Part shown: positions 63,860 through 64,000 of the stretch, piece by piece
Numbering within the stretch: the stretch's first letter is position 1
How the letters are laid out: every line of letters starts with the position of its first letter
The notes under the pieces: model-generated
Seen by the model: only the letters and a program-made list of their open reading frames with translations
What the model was told of the DNA's origin: nothing
Databases searched by the model: none
Program-made: the position numbers and the translations under genes
NCBI GenBank assembly: GCA_963759795.1
Contig: CAVXAR010000009.1
Span: 449,123-513,122, forward strand
From: Vicinamibacteraceae bacterium
GTDB taxonomy: Bacteria > Acidobacteriota > Vicinamibacteria > Vicinamibacterales > Vicinamibacteraceae
Length of the DNA: 64,000 nt
Reading direction: 5' to 3'

Positions 63860-64000
63860 TCAGCGCGCCGCCTTCGGGGTGATGCCCAGCAGCCGCGCCA
63901 TCGTCTCGCCGTAGATCTTGCGGCGACTCGCCTCGGGCACCTTGTTGGCCTCGAGCATCGCTTCGTACTTCGCCAGGACGCTGTCCAGGGCGTCAGGCGA
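63860..64000 (-). CDS. amidohydrolase-2 family protein, C-terminal end only; gene continues beyond the window
   Basis: ...[36 protein letters not shown] is typical of the ACMSD/amidohydrolase-2 C-terminus. Confidence 0.5.
   Translation of the reverse strand, partial: SPDALDSVLAKYEAMLEANKVPEASRRKIYGETMARLLGITPKAAR

Overview
This is a 64 kb high-GC (about 68-70%) bacterial chromosomal window. The gene content points to a soil Acidobacteriota or Gemmatimonadota-like organism: TolB-propeller/amidohydrolase fusions, CarboxypepD_reg-type TonB-dependent receptors, Tat-signal enzymes and a U1-A72 tRNA-Gln. That taxonomic assignment is inference only.

Housekeeping genes sit at both ends. The left end holds pyc (truncated at the window edge), a K+ channel, htpG and uvsE. 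The right end holds dinB, alkA, glpD, gltX, tRNA-Ser and tRNA-Gln.

The middle is accessory-like. It contains:
- a divergent acid-sugar utilisation locus (TonB receptor, two Tat-signal enolase-superfamily paralogs, an NTF2-like protein, opposite gntR, a dapA-like gene and a DASS transporter);
- an NfeD-flotillin operon;
- resistance-type genes (arr rifampin ADP-ribosyltransferase and an OXA-like class D beta-lactamase);
- a two-gene module of a membrane alpha/beta-hydrolase plus a PUA/EVE-like-HNH nuclease;
- a Fic 'mobile mystery protein A/B' pair behind a low-GC palindromic region;
- an excisionase plus tyrosine integrase abutting tRNA-Gln, which is the signature of an integrative island;
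- a patch of gene fragments at 35.2-40.4 kb.

Three things stand out:
- About half of the longer genes carry one or more frameshifts, often in G/C runs.
- A (TGAATTC)3 heptamer motif recurs 15-21 nt upstream of three start codons, next to longer heptamer microsatellite arrays.
- A roughly 110 bp duplicated leader with a GTCGCG-N4-CGCGAC palindrome precedes two unrelated operons.

Many large plus-strand and minus-strand ORFs in the six-frame track are antisense artefacts of GC-rich coding sequence and were not called.
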